NCBI GenBank assembly: GCA_964016885.1 | Contig: OZ024747.1 | Span: 63,922,001-63,986,000, forward strand | Source of the DNA: Eledone cirrhosa | Taxonomy: Eukaryota | Length of the DNA stretch: 64,000 nt | Direction of reading: 5' to 3' | Shown: positions 1 through 64,000 of the stretch, in pieces | Numbering within the stretch: position 1 is the stretch's first letter | Layout of the letters: each line of letters begins with the position of its first letter | Program-made: the position numbers and the translations under genes | The notes under the pieces: model-generated | Told to the model about the DNA's origin: nothing | Seen by the model: the letters and a program-made list of their open reading frames with translations, nothing else | Database searches by the model: none

Positions 1-2335
1 TGTAGTGGACAATATATCTTGTATATGTCCTGTAGTGGACAATATATCTTAGATATGACCTGTAGTGGACAATATATCTTGTATATGTCCTGTAGTGGAC
101 AATATATCTTGTATATGTCCTGTAGTGGACAATATATCTTAGATATGACCTGTAGTGGACAATATATCTTAGATATGACCTGTAGTGGACAATATATCTT
201 GTATATGTCCTGTAGTGGACAATATATCTTAGATATGTCCTGTAGTGGACAATATATCTTAGATATGACCTGTAGTGGACAATATATCTTGTATATGTCC
301 TGTAGTGGACAATATATCTTAGATATGACCTGTAGTGGACAATATATCTTGTATATGTCCTGTAGTGGACAATATATCTTGTATATGTCCTGTAGTGGAC
401 AATATATCTTAGATATGATCTGTAGTGGACAATATATCTTAGATATGACCTGTAGTGGACAATATATCTTAGATATGTCCTGTAGTGGACAATATATCTT
501 AGATATGACCTGTAGTGGACAATATATCTTGTATATGTCCTGTAGTGGACAATATATCTTAGATATGACCTGTAGTGACAATATATCTTAGATATGACCT
601 GTAGTGGACAATATATCTTGTATATGTCCTGTAGTGGACAATATATCTTAGATATGACCTGTAGTGGACAATATATCTTGTATATGTCCTGTAGTGGACA
701 ATATATCTTAGATATGACCTGTAGCGGACAATATATCTTAGATATGACCTGTAGTGGACAATATATCTTGTATATGTCCTGTAGTGGACAATATATCTTA
801 GATATGACCTGTAGCGGACAATATATCTTAGATATGACCTGTAGTGGACAATATATCTTGTATATGTCCTGTAGTGGACAATATATCTTAGATATGACCT
901 GTAGTGGACAATATATTTTGTATATGTCCTGTAGTGGACAATATATCTTGTATATGTCCTGTAGTGGACAATATATCTTGTATATGTCCTGTAGTGGACA
1001 ATATATCTTGGATATGACCTGTAGTGGACAATATATCTTAGATATGTCCTGTAGTGGACAATATATCTTAGATATGACCTGTAGTGGACAATATATCTTG
1101 TATATGTCCTGTAGTGGACAATATATCTTAGATATGACCTGTAGTGGACAATATATCTTAGATATGACCTGTAGTGGACAATATATCTTAGATATGACCT
1201 GTAGTGGACAATATATCTTGTATATGTCCTGTAGTGGACAATATATCTTAGATATGACCTGTAGTGGACAATATATCTTGTATATGTCCTGTAGTGGACA
1301 ATATATCTTAGATATGACCTGTAGCGGACAATATATCTTAGATATGACCTGTAGTGGACAATATATCTTAGATATGACCTGTATTGGACAATATATCTTG
1401 TATATGTCCTGTAGTGGACAATATATCTTAGATATGACCTGTAGTGGACAATATATCTTAGATACGACCTGTAGTAGACAATATATCTTAGATATGTCCT
1501 GTAGTGGACAATATATCTTAGATATGACCTGTAGTGGACAATATATCTTGTATATGTCCTGTAGTGGACAATATATTTTGTATATGTCCTGTAGTGGACA
1601 ATATATCTTAGATATGACCTGTAGTGGGCAATATATCTTGTATATGACCTGTAGTGGACAATATATCTTAGATATGACCTGTAGTGGACAATATATTTTG
1701 TATATGTCCTGTAGTGGACAATATATTTTGTATATGTCCTGTAGTGGACAATATATCTTAGATATGTCCTGTAGCGGACAATATATCTTAGATATGACCT
1801 GTAGTGGACAATATATCTTAGATATGACCTGTAGTGGACAATATATCTTGTATATGACCTGTAGTGGACAATATATCTTAGATATGTCCTGTAGCGGACA
1901 ATATATCTTAGATATGACCTGTAGTGGACAATATATTTTAGATATGACCTGTAGTGGACAATATATTTTGTATATGTCCTGTAATGGACAATATATCTTA
2001 GATATGACCTGTAGTGGACAATATATCTTGTATATGACCTGTAGTGGACAATATATCTTAGATATGACCTGTAGTGGACAATATATTTTAGATATGTCCT
2101 GTAGTGGACAATATATTTTGTATATGACCTGTAGTGAACAATATATCTTAGATATGACTTGTAGTGGACAATATATCATAGATATGACCTGTAGTGGACA
2201 ATATATCTTAGATTTGACCTCTAGTAGACAACATATCTTAGATTTGACCTCTAGTAGACAACATATCTTGTATATGACCTGTAGCGGACAATATATCTTG
2301 TATATGATATGACCTGTAGCGGACAATATATCTCA
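1..2335. repeat. 30-bp minisatellite TGTAGTGGACAATATATCTT(AG/GT)ATATG(A/T)CC, ~77 copies, continues off the left edge
   Basis: Directly visible tandem unit; degenerates at the right end; explains ORFs 19..591 and 594..2312. Confidence 0.98.
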
Positions 2336-3106
2336 GATAAATGTAAAGACAACAACCACAAAACTACAGACTTTTAGGGCAACTCTCTGGTTTAAGGATA
2401 CCTTCCTCTCTCCTTCACAATAGTCTCAAAGGCCCTGAAAAGGGTCAAGAGCACTGAACCCTCCCTCCACCCTTTGACAAAACTGTACATAAATAGCTTG
2501 CTGGAAAATCTCCTTAAAACTACACCCTACCATCATACAAAAGGTAATATTAGATAATGTAGTTCAAAATATACTTGAAACAATTATGTGATTGTCATAG
2601 CTAATATGTATTTAATTATAAGTCTGCTGCTCAGTGAGGGCTGACCAGTGGTTAAATAGCTTCAACAACAATAACAGAAGCAACAAGTACAGGTGAATGT
2701 GGAAGTCTCTATGTGGTCACAATTATTGCTAGAAATAGTGGCTAGATTTCCTTAACCTTTTTTACACTAAACTGCCAAGACAGCTTCTGGTTCCATGATA
2801 TAAAACCTCATTTTAAAATTTCTAAATTCAAATTAAAACTCTCCATCATGGTTTTGTTAATATGTTTCAAAAACGAACTTAATAATGGTTTCTGATTTAG
2901 ACACAAGGCCAACAATTTTGTGCGGAGAAGAAAGTCAATTAAATCAACCCCAGTACGTTACTGGTGCTTTGTTCTATGAACCCTGTAAGGATGGAAGGCA
3001 AAGCTAACTACAGCAGGATTTAAACTTAGAACGTAAAAGAGACATAATTCTTTGCTGTGATGAAGGGTGGCCGACACTCTCCCGATAGTGAGAAACTTAT
3101 CATACT

Positions 3107-3340
3107 TATCCCTCCAAATATTTCAATACTTTCAACATTAATTGAAATATGTATTATATTAGTTATGAAAGGGTTTAAAAAAACCCCTTGTTATCTGGAA
3201 ACAGGCTTGCTAGGATAATGAAGCTCAATCCCTCCAAATTTTTCAATACTTTCAACATTAATTGAAATATGTATTATATTAGTTATGAAAGGGTTAACAA
3301 AAAACCTTGTTACCTGGAAACAGGTTTGCTAGGATAATGT
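3107..3340. repeat. Local tandem duplication of ~120 bp
   Basis: ccctccaaat.tttcaatactttcaacattaattgaaatatg...gctaggataatg occurs twice in succession. Confidence 0.85.
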
Positions 3341-3574
3341 AGCCCAAGAAATGCTAGGCTTCAAAACGAAGAATATTTTTAATCATAAGTCAGTTATCCA
3401 GTAAGTGCTGACCTGTAGTTAAAGAGCAAAAATAACAAAATCAATTGGTACATTGTTAGAAATAGCAATCAGATCTTAAAATCTCACCCAGCCATCATAC
3501 AAGAGGTCCCAGTTGCATAATATAGTCCAAGATCTAAAATGCCTGAAAAGACATGATGGGCATGGCTGGAATTA

Positions 3575-3847
3575 CTTCTGCATTGGTATGGACATGTGAT
3601 GCACAAGGACAATGATTGATGGGTGAAGAAATCCCAGGAAATCCCAGTAGAAAGAAGCCGCCATAGAGGACGACCAAGAAAGACCTGGATGGAAATTGTG
3701 AGAGCGGACCTCAAATCACGAAGACTGGCAGAAGAGATGATGAAGGAACATGACAAGTGGAGAGGTACTATGGTGAGAAGGACCCGTCCAACCCATGCAA
3801 GCATGGAAAAGAAGACATAAAAATGATGATGATGATGATGATGATAA
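3575..3847 (+). mobile_element. RTE-clade LINE 3' fragment with (GAT)n tail
   Basis: WYGHVM and RGRPRKTWMEIVRADL...RTRPTHASMEKKT are homologous to the C-terminus of the RTE at 17891..20895; same (GAT)n tail. Confidence 0.85.
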
Positions 3848-4518
3848 GTATATTATTCAATGTGTGCTGACATTGAGGCTAACCAACAACTACAACAAAA
3901 ACAATGTATGGATTTTTTTTCTTCAAAATTTAAAGGAATTTCCTGTACTATATTCCAAGGAGTCTATTTGGTCTATATACTTATATTAAGGTTGGCAATC
4001 TGCCTGTTGTGAAGATGGTATTTTAGGTTTGAAGTTATTTTATAAATAATTTGTATTTCTGACCTAAAAGGGCTGCTCAGTTGTAAGAACCAGCAGGTCA
4101 ATTGGTGACCTTTCTTTTCGGTTTAGTCTTTCTTAAATTGTACTCTTAAGGAAGGAAGACTTGTTGGTTGTTGTTTAGCCCCAGGGCAGCTCTGATTAAG
4201 TTGACCTATATTCAAAGACATTCCAGTAATGGCCATCACATCTTTTTCTCTCAGATGTCATATCTAGAATTATGTTATCTTTTTTGCGTTTCTTTAAAAT
4301 CATCTTTTAAGATTGTAAAATATAATTTTGAGTGAGATTATCTGCTATTTCTAAAACGTTTATGTAGAGGTTCCCTTTGGGAGTTGTCAATACATTTACA
4401 CACACACACACTCACACACTAATTGGTGTTGTGTATGCAATGCACCAATCAGTGAATAATGATGCAATTCGGTTTAAGCACTCAACATCATGTATTTTCT
4501 TCCAAATATGATTTGTCA

Positions 4519-4558
<40 letters not shown>

Positions 4559-4849
4559 CACACATTTATAAATATATATACACATATATACATATATATA
4601 ATACTAATGTGGCAAACGTGTTTTTCTCGTCTCCTGCATTTATTGTAATGGCTTACATTTTCTAACACGATATCTTACTTTCTTCTTTTTTTTTTCTTCC
4701 GTCTTTTTTTCTTTGTTTCACCCATGTTTCACGTGCTATGTGAGGCACCAGACATTTTCTCTAACGTCACACAAAATTGTTTGTTTTGTAGTTTAATGGC
4801 TATAACTTACTATTTGTCTTTCATTGCTTACTCCTTTAGACAGCTTTTG

Positions 4850-4908
4850 ACCCCTACCAATGGTACTGCTGGTCTACTAATGGACCAGCAGTATTGTTGG
4901 TAGGGGTC
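4850..4908. repeat. Short imperfect inverted repeat (~27-bp arms)
   Basis: gacccctaccaatggtactgctggtc ... gaccagcagtattgttggtaggggtc. Confidence 0.75.
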
Positions 4909-5424
4909 CAAACCGCCCAAGTCCATCTCAATGGCTGATGAATGTAGAGTTCTCTGTCCTTTGTATATTATTTTTTTTTTAAAGTAATTTTTGTAAGGTT
5001 TCCACTTAAAAAATTGTTTTTGTTTTGTCTTGTCCTTCTTTGTTAATTTTCTTAAGTTTATATATATATAACAACATAGATAAAAATCAAATTTTGTTTA
5101 AGGCATTTAATTGCTTATGATAGTTTCTTCCAGACATAGGTCTGGAATCAGCAGTGCATATAAAATGTTAAAACAAATAAATTCCTAATCATTAGAACAT
5201 TCAACAGGATACATTATATGTGAAAAGACTAATTAAAATTGTTGGTGTCAGTTGCAATATATTAAAGAGTATTTCTGCTCTGTAGTATATCTGATATTTA
5301 CATTGAGCTAATTATCTTACTGGTAATCGGGTAATATACAATATTACCCTTATCTTATTTATAATTCTATATATAAGTATAACTATTACTATATATATAA
5401 CTGAATCCTTTTGTTTCATTTCAG

Positions 5425-55573
<50,149 letters not shown>

Positions 55574-55781
55574 ATGCCAAGAGAATTTTATTTTTTATTT
55601 TTTAGTTACTCTGCTAAATTCAATCACCAGGAAAACCTTGATGTCATTGTCAAGCTTTACATTCTTAAAATATATTTTATATTCTTTTCAATTGTACTGA
55701 GTGAGTTTTCAGTTAATGATTATTTTTTTTTGTATAATCAATTATACATAAAATCCACACACACACACACATATATGTGTA

Positions 55782-55815
<34 letters not shown>

Positions 55816-55972
55816 CACACACACAATGTAAATGTGGTTGGCATTAGGAAGGGGATCCAGCCATAGAAACCAGCCTTGTGTGAGGGTAACACGGTCCTCC
55901 GAAATGATTTCTCACAAAGAGACAGCTCGTCCTATCTGTGATAGCATGGAAAATGAATGTGAAACAATGATG

Positions 55973-56028
<56 letters not shown>

Positions 56029-56294
56029 CACACACACACATATATACATGTATTGATGATTTACATATATTTATACACACATATGAGCAAAGCATGGTCA
56101 CTTGATCTAACTTGTCTGACAATGCCGGGACCACTTGTCTAACCCATACTATTGTGGAAAATGGGTGTTAAATGATGATAATGATGGTATAACATGTTAA
56201 TATGATTGAGATAGAGTTTCATGAAAATATGAGAGTGTAATCATTAACTGTACACAACTTGCATTGTTTGAATGTGAATGATATAATAATAGTA

Positions 56295-56629
56295 ATGAGA
56301 ATTATTGTGTACAGTGCTCAGGTGCACTACAACTCATCAAAGGTGCATGTATAGTACATTGAATAATGTACAAATGTTAGGAAAAGGAACAGTGTATAAG
56401 TTATGATATACACACAGATACATGCATGTGTGTGTATTGAGGCAGAATATCAGATGTAGTGTTGGTGAATTTCAGGAAGCATGGAAGGATGCAGTGTCCT
56501 GACAGCTAACAACCGATGCAGGTAGTTTGTTCCATGCTTCAGCAACTCTGCATGAAAAATACTGTTTCTGAAAGTCATGGGAGTTGTACTGTTTTCTGAT
56601 CTTTAAGCATGTCCACTGGTGTTAGACAT
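56295..56629 (-). mobile_element. CR1-clade LINE 3' end
   Basis: Homologous to 42220-42669. Confidence 0.78.
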
Positions 56630-56879
56630 AGGGAGTCAAAATACTGCATATGATTATAATCCTGGTTACCTGTGAGGCTAGTGCTCCAGTATGGTTATAG
56701 TCAAATGATTAAACCGCTAAGAGTATAACTGAACACAACCAAATGTATGACTGCTGCAGTGTGAATATTTTGAAGGCTGTTACATCTGGGGACTCAACAA
56801 TTGGACTCAACATTATCACTACATCTGCTACATCTGGGGACTCAACTATTGGACTCAACAATATCACTACATCTCGTTG

Positions 56880-57295
56880 CCAGAAACCTAGCATAGACTT
56901 TTCAGGGATGGCTTAACAATGAGATCCCTCTATAATTAGAGCATCTCTCTTGTCACTCTTTTTGAAAATTGGAATTATCACTCCTGATTTCCATTGCTTA
57001 GGTGCCTTTCCAGAGATCCAGGCCACCTGGTACATACAAGTCAGTCATAGAATACCTTCTCTATTTAAGGCTTTTAACATCTTTGGCCAAATTTCCTCCT
57101 TGTCACATTTGAGCTCTTTAATTGTTCCTTGACCTCAGCCTTGAAGAGGTTTGTCATTGCTCCCAGAATCACCTTGTGAATATCAGATAATGTGGTGACT
57201 GGGTTGAGGAGATCAGCAAAGTATTCTTTCCACCTCATGAGAATCCACCTCTCTGAAGAGAGAAGCCCAGATGCATTCAGAACACAACTGGCTTC
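56880..57295 (-). mobile_element. Degenerate RTE-like reverse transcriptase fragment (different family from 17891)
   Basis: Reverse-strand translation gives ILMRWKEYFADLLNP and AWISGKAPKQWKSGVIIPIFKK, followed by frameshifted NYRGISLL. Confidence 0.65.
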
Positions 57296-57369
57296 TGTTG
57301 GAGACTCCTGACTGGTATTGTATAATACTAACCACTTCTGGTCACTAAAAAACCGAGACTGATCTCACT

Positions 57370-57880
57370 TGTCCCTACTGACCACTGTTAAACACAACTA
57401 AACACAACAGACCACCACTGACTTCTACTGACCAATATAACCATTACAAACCAGTACTGTTTGCCAAACAACAACTACTGACCACCTTTGTTCAACACTA
57501 ACCTGCGCCATTACTATATACCATTACTGATCACAGCTGACTACAACCATTACTGACCACAGCTGACTACTACAGACCATGATTTACTGATAGTGACCAC
57601 CACTGAAAATTACAGACCATTACTGAATGTTACAGATCAACACTGACTACTACAAACCACTAGTGACCACTATGAACCACTACTGACCGTGGCTTATCAC
57701 TAATGACCACTATCACTACAACTTACCACTACTACAGACATCGACTGGTTGTTATCACTAGCCCACATTTCACAACTGACCCCTACACACCATCACTAAC
57801 CATTACAGATCACCACAGATTAATACTGACCATCACTGATTACTACAGATCATTACAGACCAAAAACTGACTACTACTGA
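57370..57880. repeat. Degenerate (ACTGACC/ACT)-based simple repeat
   Basis: Direct. Confidence 0.75.
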
Positions 57881-58794
57881 TTATTATTTATCACCATGGC
57901 GGTGGATTGGCAGTATCAGTAGAGAGTCGGACGCCATGTTTGCAGCATAGAGTTACGGTCCTTTATGGTCTGAGTTCAAATCCCGCTGAGGTTAACTTTG
58001 CCTTTCATCCCTATGGGGACGATAAAAATAAAGTACCAGTAATGCACTGGGTAATTGCTGGCCTTGTGCCAAAAGTAGAAACAATTATTTATCACCATGG
58101 CAGTATCGGTAAAGCATCAGATAACATGCTTTGCTGCATAGAGTTACGGCTCTTTACATTCTGAGTTCAAATCCCGCTGATGTTAGCTTCGCCATTCATC
58201 CATTACTGGGTCGATAAAATAAAGCACCAGTAATGCACTTGGCATCAATTTAATCGACTTCTCCTGTCACCCCAAAATTGCTGGCCTTGTGCCTAAAGTA
58301 GAAACAATTATCATTTATTACCATTGAACCCTCCTCACTATGTATGAGAAAGTATGATGCAGGCTTCTAACCTGTCTGACCTCAGAATATGACAATATGG
58401 TTAAACCATACAAGCATGGAAAATAGACATAAAATAGTGGTAATGATGATGATGATATACTTCTACAGTAAAGCGAATTATACAGTTAGCGAGAGAAGCA
58501 GACTTAGAGGTTAATCCAATTGGAATAATGTGAAATATTTCAAATTGACTGTTCACTTGGAAATCTTATATATATATTTCTATATTTTTTTTTGGTGTAT
58601 TTAGAATATTTTATGTATTTAGATTTTATTTTATTTTCATTTTTATATCACTTATATTTTTTCTTTGTAAAGTTTTGTAAACATTTGTATATCAATGTTA
58701 AACTAGTTATCTGTGTACTACATGCATATGCACATACACACATGCATACCTACACACACACACATGTATATTTATATATACACATACATACGTA

Positions 58795-60335
<1,541 letters not shown>

Positions 60336-60339
60336 ATCT

Positions 60340-60608
60340 TTATTCTTGGTTCAATTGGGGGTAACCACAGTAAGTAATGTACTCAATACATAGCAGAGTA
60401 TAAATATTTAATATAGAAATGGCTTCTACAGGACTAGAACTGTTTCATTCAGGAGAAATCATCAGGAAGCTGACTGTCCAAGTAATATGGTGGTTTTTAT
60501 ACATTTTCTGGAGAAAACCACCATATTACTTGGGCAGTCGGCTTCCTGGTGATTTTTCCTGAATGAAACAGTTCTAGTCCTGTAGAAGCCATTTCTATAT
60601 TAAATATA
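60340..60608. mobile_element. Head-to-head inverted copy pair of the 27821 hammerhead family; intact motif on - strand at 60422-60470, + arm has CTGGTGA
   Basis: Arms ~60403-60497 and ~60513-60608 are reverse complements; flanked by (TA)n. Confidence 0.8.
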
Positions 60609-60769
60609 TATATATATGATGATGATATATATATATATGTATATATATCATCATCCTCATCATCACTGTTTTATGTCCGTTCTTCCATGCTAACATGGGT
60701 TATATATATATATATATATATTTATTTATTTATTATGTGTACATGTACATCTTATCATTTTACATCTGT

Positions 60770-61840
60770 TATTCCATGCTTACATGGGTTGGATGAGTCT
60801 TTTCCACTCCGATGCTTAATATCTGTATCTCCTTTGTGAACTTCACCACCTTACGTGTTCCTTGGTCTTTCTCTCCTGCAGTTTCCTTCCACTGGGATTT
60901 TTTGGCACATCTTCACCCAGTGATCCTCATACATATGGATCACATATCCATACCAGTGCAGTCCTATCTTTTGCACACTACTTCTGATTTCTTATATATT
61001 CTCAATAAATGTATTACTTACACTCACCTTACTGGCAGCTACGCTGTACATGGCTTACACTGCTCTTAAAATCATTTTCCTACACTCAGTTGCTTTAATG
61101 ACAATCAGATATCATATTTTGTTACTCTGTCAGAGGCATTCTCCAGATCAAAAAAGCTAGATACAGTGACTTATACTTAAGAACTTCTCTTGAAGTTGAT
61201 TCGCTGGGAAGAGGGAATCTCTAGTGCTCCAGCCTGGCACAAAGTAAAACTACTTCTCATCTAGTTTGACTCTTCCATTAATTTGTTGTGCTAAAACGCT
61301 TTCTGTCTCTTCCTAAACTTGGTTCATCAGCTCCATACCATGTAGCTGCTCTTATCTAGCACATCACCAATTAGTGAGTATACTGCTACACTATTCATTT
61401 GGTATCATTCCATCCTGTATTACCTGATAGATTATGCATGTGATTAGTTTGGCCAGTCCCAGATTTACCATTGTGTTTAGGTGTGCTTAAACACAGGTGT
61501 CCAATGACTAGGGGAGCCCATCTTCCTGCCAAAATAATTTTTTTGCCTCCTTCAAAGCCAAAGTAAGGGGCCTCATAACTTAACTAGCACAGGGCCTCAT
61601 TTGTCCTAAATCTGGCACTGAGTTCAGCTTCTAATTCCCAAGATGATTCTAGCAGCTCAGTGTTTATCTCTGATAGTCCAGCACCTTTACTACAACTGAC
61701 CACCTTGTTTGTGTATTTGACCCTATAATTTTCAATTTCCATAGATTCTACCTCTTTGGACTCAGCTGGAAGTAGTTTCTCTTCCTCCCACTTATTCTCC
61801 ACATTCATCAACCTCTCACAATAGAATTTTCAGGCCTTGG
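60770..61840 (-). mobile_element. Old, fragmented RTE LINE copy
   Basis: ORF 61584..61811 MNVENKWEEEKL..GAG.SEI..ELL mirrors MNVENKWEREKL..GAGPSGIVVEML of 18826..19662; catctagtttgac and cttccactgggattttttggcac match the younger copy. Confidence 0.7.
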
Positions 61841-62217
61841 TAACCCACAATTAGCTAAGGTACACCCTTGACGTGACCAAAACCAAACAGAAAGTGGTGA
61901 ATGTCAACCAAGCAAGCGTCCTTCCAACAGCAGTGAGAATTCCCTGGGTAGGGCTATATATATATATATATATATATATACATGCACACATACACATTAG
62001 TTTAAACCATGCTAGCATGGAAAAATGGACGTTATATGATTGATTATGATATGTGTATGGCTGTGTGTGTGTGTGTGTGTTAACCATACATCTATTCCAG
62101 TATCTGTCTTCCAAGCACTTTTCCAGAATTTACATGCCATCTCTATAGCTACTTATAACTGTTATCTATACACTGAGATCTATATAATATCGATATAGCC
62201 AGATCAATATCTCCCTC

Positions 62218-62253
<36 letters not shown>

Positions 62254-62291
62254 ATATTATATATATATATATTATATATATATATATATAT

Positions 62292-62325
<34 letters not shown>

Positions 62326-62379
62326 ATTATATATATATATTATATATTATATATATATATTATATATATATATATATAT

Positions 62380-62411
<32 letters not shown>

Positions 62412-62506
62412 ATTATATATATATATTATATATATATATTATATATATATATTATATATATATATTATATATATATATTATATATATATATTATATATAT
62501 ATATAT

Positions 62507-62541
<35 letters not shown>

Positions 62542-62815
62542 ATATATATATATTATATATATATATTATATATATATATTATATATATATATTATATATA
62601 TATATTATATATATATATTATATATATATATTATATATATATATTATATATATATATATTATATATATATATTATATATATATATTATATATATATATTA
62701 TATATATATATATTATATATATATTATATATATATATATATTATATATATATATATATATTATATATATATATTATATATATATATATTATATATATATA
62801 TTATATATATTATAT
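62218..62815. repeat. (TA)n tract punctuated by TT
   Basis: Direct. Confidence 0.97.
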
Positions 62816-62861
62816 CATCATCATCACCGTTTTACGTCCGTTCTTCCACGCTAGCATGGGT

Positions 62862-62895
<34 letters not shown>

Positions 62896-63134
62896 ACACA
62901 CACAAAAAAAAATATATATATAGAGAAACAGTGATATAGATAGATAGCCATGAAAATGCAAATGTAAAATGTGTTTATTATTATTTAAGCGAAGAAAAAA
63001 AGCATATTTTATTTTTATTTTAAATCATTATTAAATATTTCTTTATAGCTCTATATCATCAACAAACCATTTATTACTTTTTACTAGAAGGATATCAAAT
63101 TTTACTTAAGTTTACATCAAGTTCTCTTGCAGTA

Positions 63135-63560
63135 CTGTTGTTGTTGGTGTTGGTGGTGGTATTGTGATGTTGTTGTTGTTGTTTCTATTGTAATGTTGTT
63201 GTTTTTGTTGTAATATTTCTTTTGTAAAGTTGTTGTAGTTGATTGCATTGTAATGTTGTTTGTTGTTTGTTGTTTTTGTTGTAATATTTCTTTTGTAAAG
63301 TTGTTGTTGTTGTTGTGATTGCATTGTAATGTTTCCTCTGTAAAGTTGTTGTTGTAATGTTCATGTTAAAATGGTGTTGCTGCTCTTGTTGTTGTTATTG
63401 TTTTGTTGTTGTTATTGTATTGTTGTTACAATGTTGTTGTTGCTTAGTGGTGGTATCATAATGCTGTTATTATTGATATTGTAATATTGCTGTTGTTGTT
63501 GTTGTTGTTGTTATTTCCATTGTAATGTTGCTATTGTTGTTATTGTATTGTTGTGTGTGA
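63135..63560. repeat. (TTG)n-rich low-complexity tract
   Basis: Direct. Confidence 0.85.
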
Positions 63561-64000
63561 ATATTTTATTTTTATCTTCCCAACACATCTCTTTAATTCT
63601 TATAATCCATGTTTTTTTTTCATCATAAAACATAATATCATTCTTTCTTTTTTTCTAATCTCAAATAGCATTATTGATGTTGTATGGAAACAAGCCTCGT
63701 AAAAATATAAACATAAAGATTTTAAAATATAAAATTGTTAGTAAAATATATCTAGTGCTCATAGAAAAAAAGCCTATTTTAGCCATTTTGATACTTACAC
63801 AAAGGAAATATCTACAACACATCTACAAAACCATGCTTATTTGTTCATATATGTTTTGGTGTTGCTAATATAATAACATAATCTTATATTTGGCTATTTT
63901 TAGAAACCTGCACAAATGCATTCTGTTTCTACAAAATTATACAATGCACAGTTATAGAAACATTTTGTGCTTATCTCATTCAGAAAAAGTACACTGTATC

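Noticed and set aside
19-2312. ORFs of repeated (MTCSGQYILD) decapeptide
   Set aside because: Translation of a 30-bp minisatellite, with a frameshift near 577 and no splice context or unique domain.
1-2335. CRISPR-like array (30-bp repeats)
   Set aside because: No unique spacers, eukaryotic context, no cas genes.
4934-4960. CTGATGA at ~4935 as another hammerhead
   Set aside because: No downstream GAAA/stem III/NUH in register.

Overview
AT-rich, microsatellite-dense eukaryotic DNA. The SINE/LINE repertoire suggests a cephalopod, probably Octopus (inference, not database-checked). One protein-coding gene spans the window on the + strand. Its 11 spliced exons (5425..55573) assemble with canonical GT-AG sites and matching phases into ~590 aa of an EGFR/ErbB-type ectodomain (L1-CR1-L2-CR2); the signal-peptide exon is presumably upstream of the window. 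The protein is atypical: the YNPxxY dimerization arm is replaced by a basic stretch, and the last exon runs into a polybasic tail and an in-frame TAA with no transmembrane or kinase exon visible, so it may be a secreted decoy. The introns hold a near-intact RTE LINE, R4/Dong-like and Tx1/L1-like LINE pieces nested in (TTA)n, CR1 3' ends, many tRNA-derived SINEs, piggyBac- and pogo-type MITEs, a decayed Penelope-like GIY-YIG ORF, and several mini/microsatellites. The main hidden signal is a set of type I hammerhead-ribozyme motifs from about five unrelated repeat families. The best case is a very young 466-bp tandem array (3.6 copies plus a head-to-head inverted copy, 51494..53604) with one minimal hammerhead per full unit, i.e. 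a candidate non-LTR retrozyme. All structures were read by eye; repeat boundaries are approximate.
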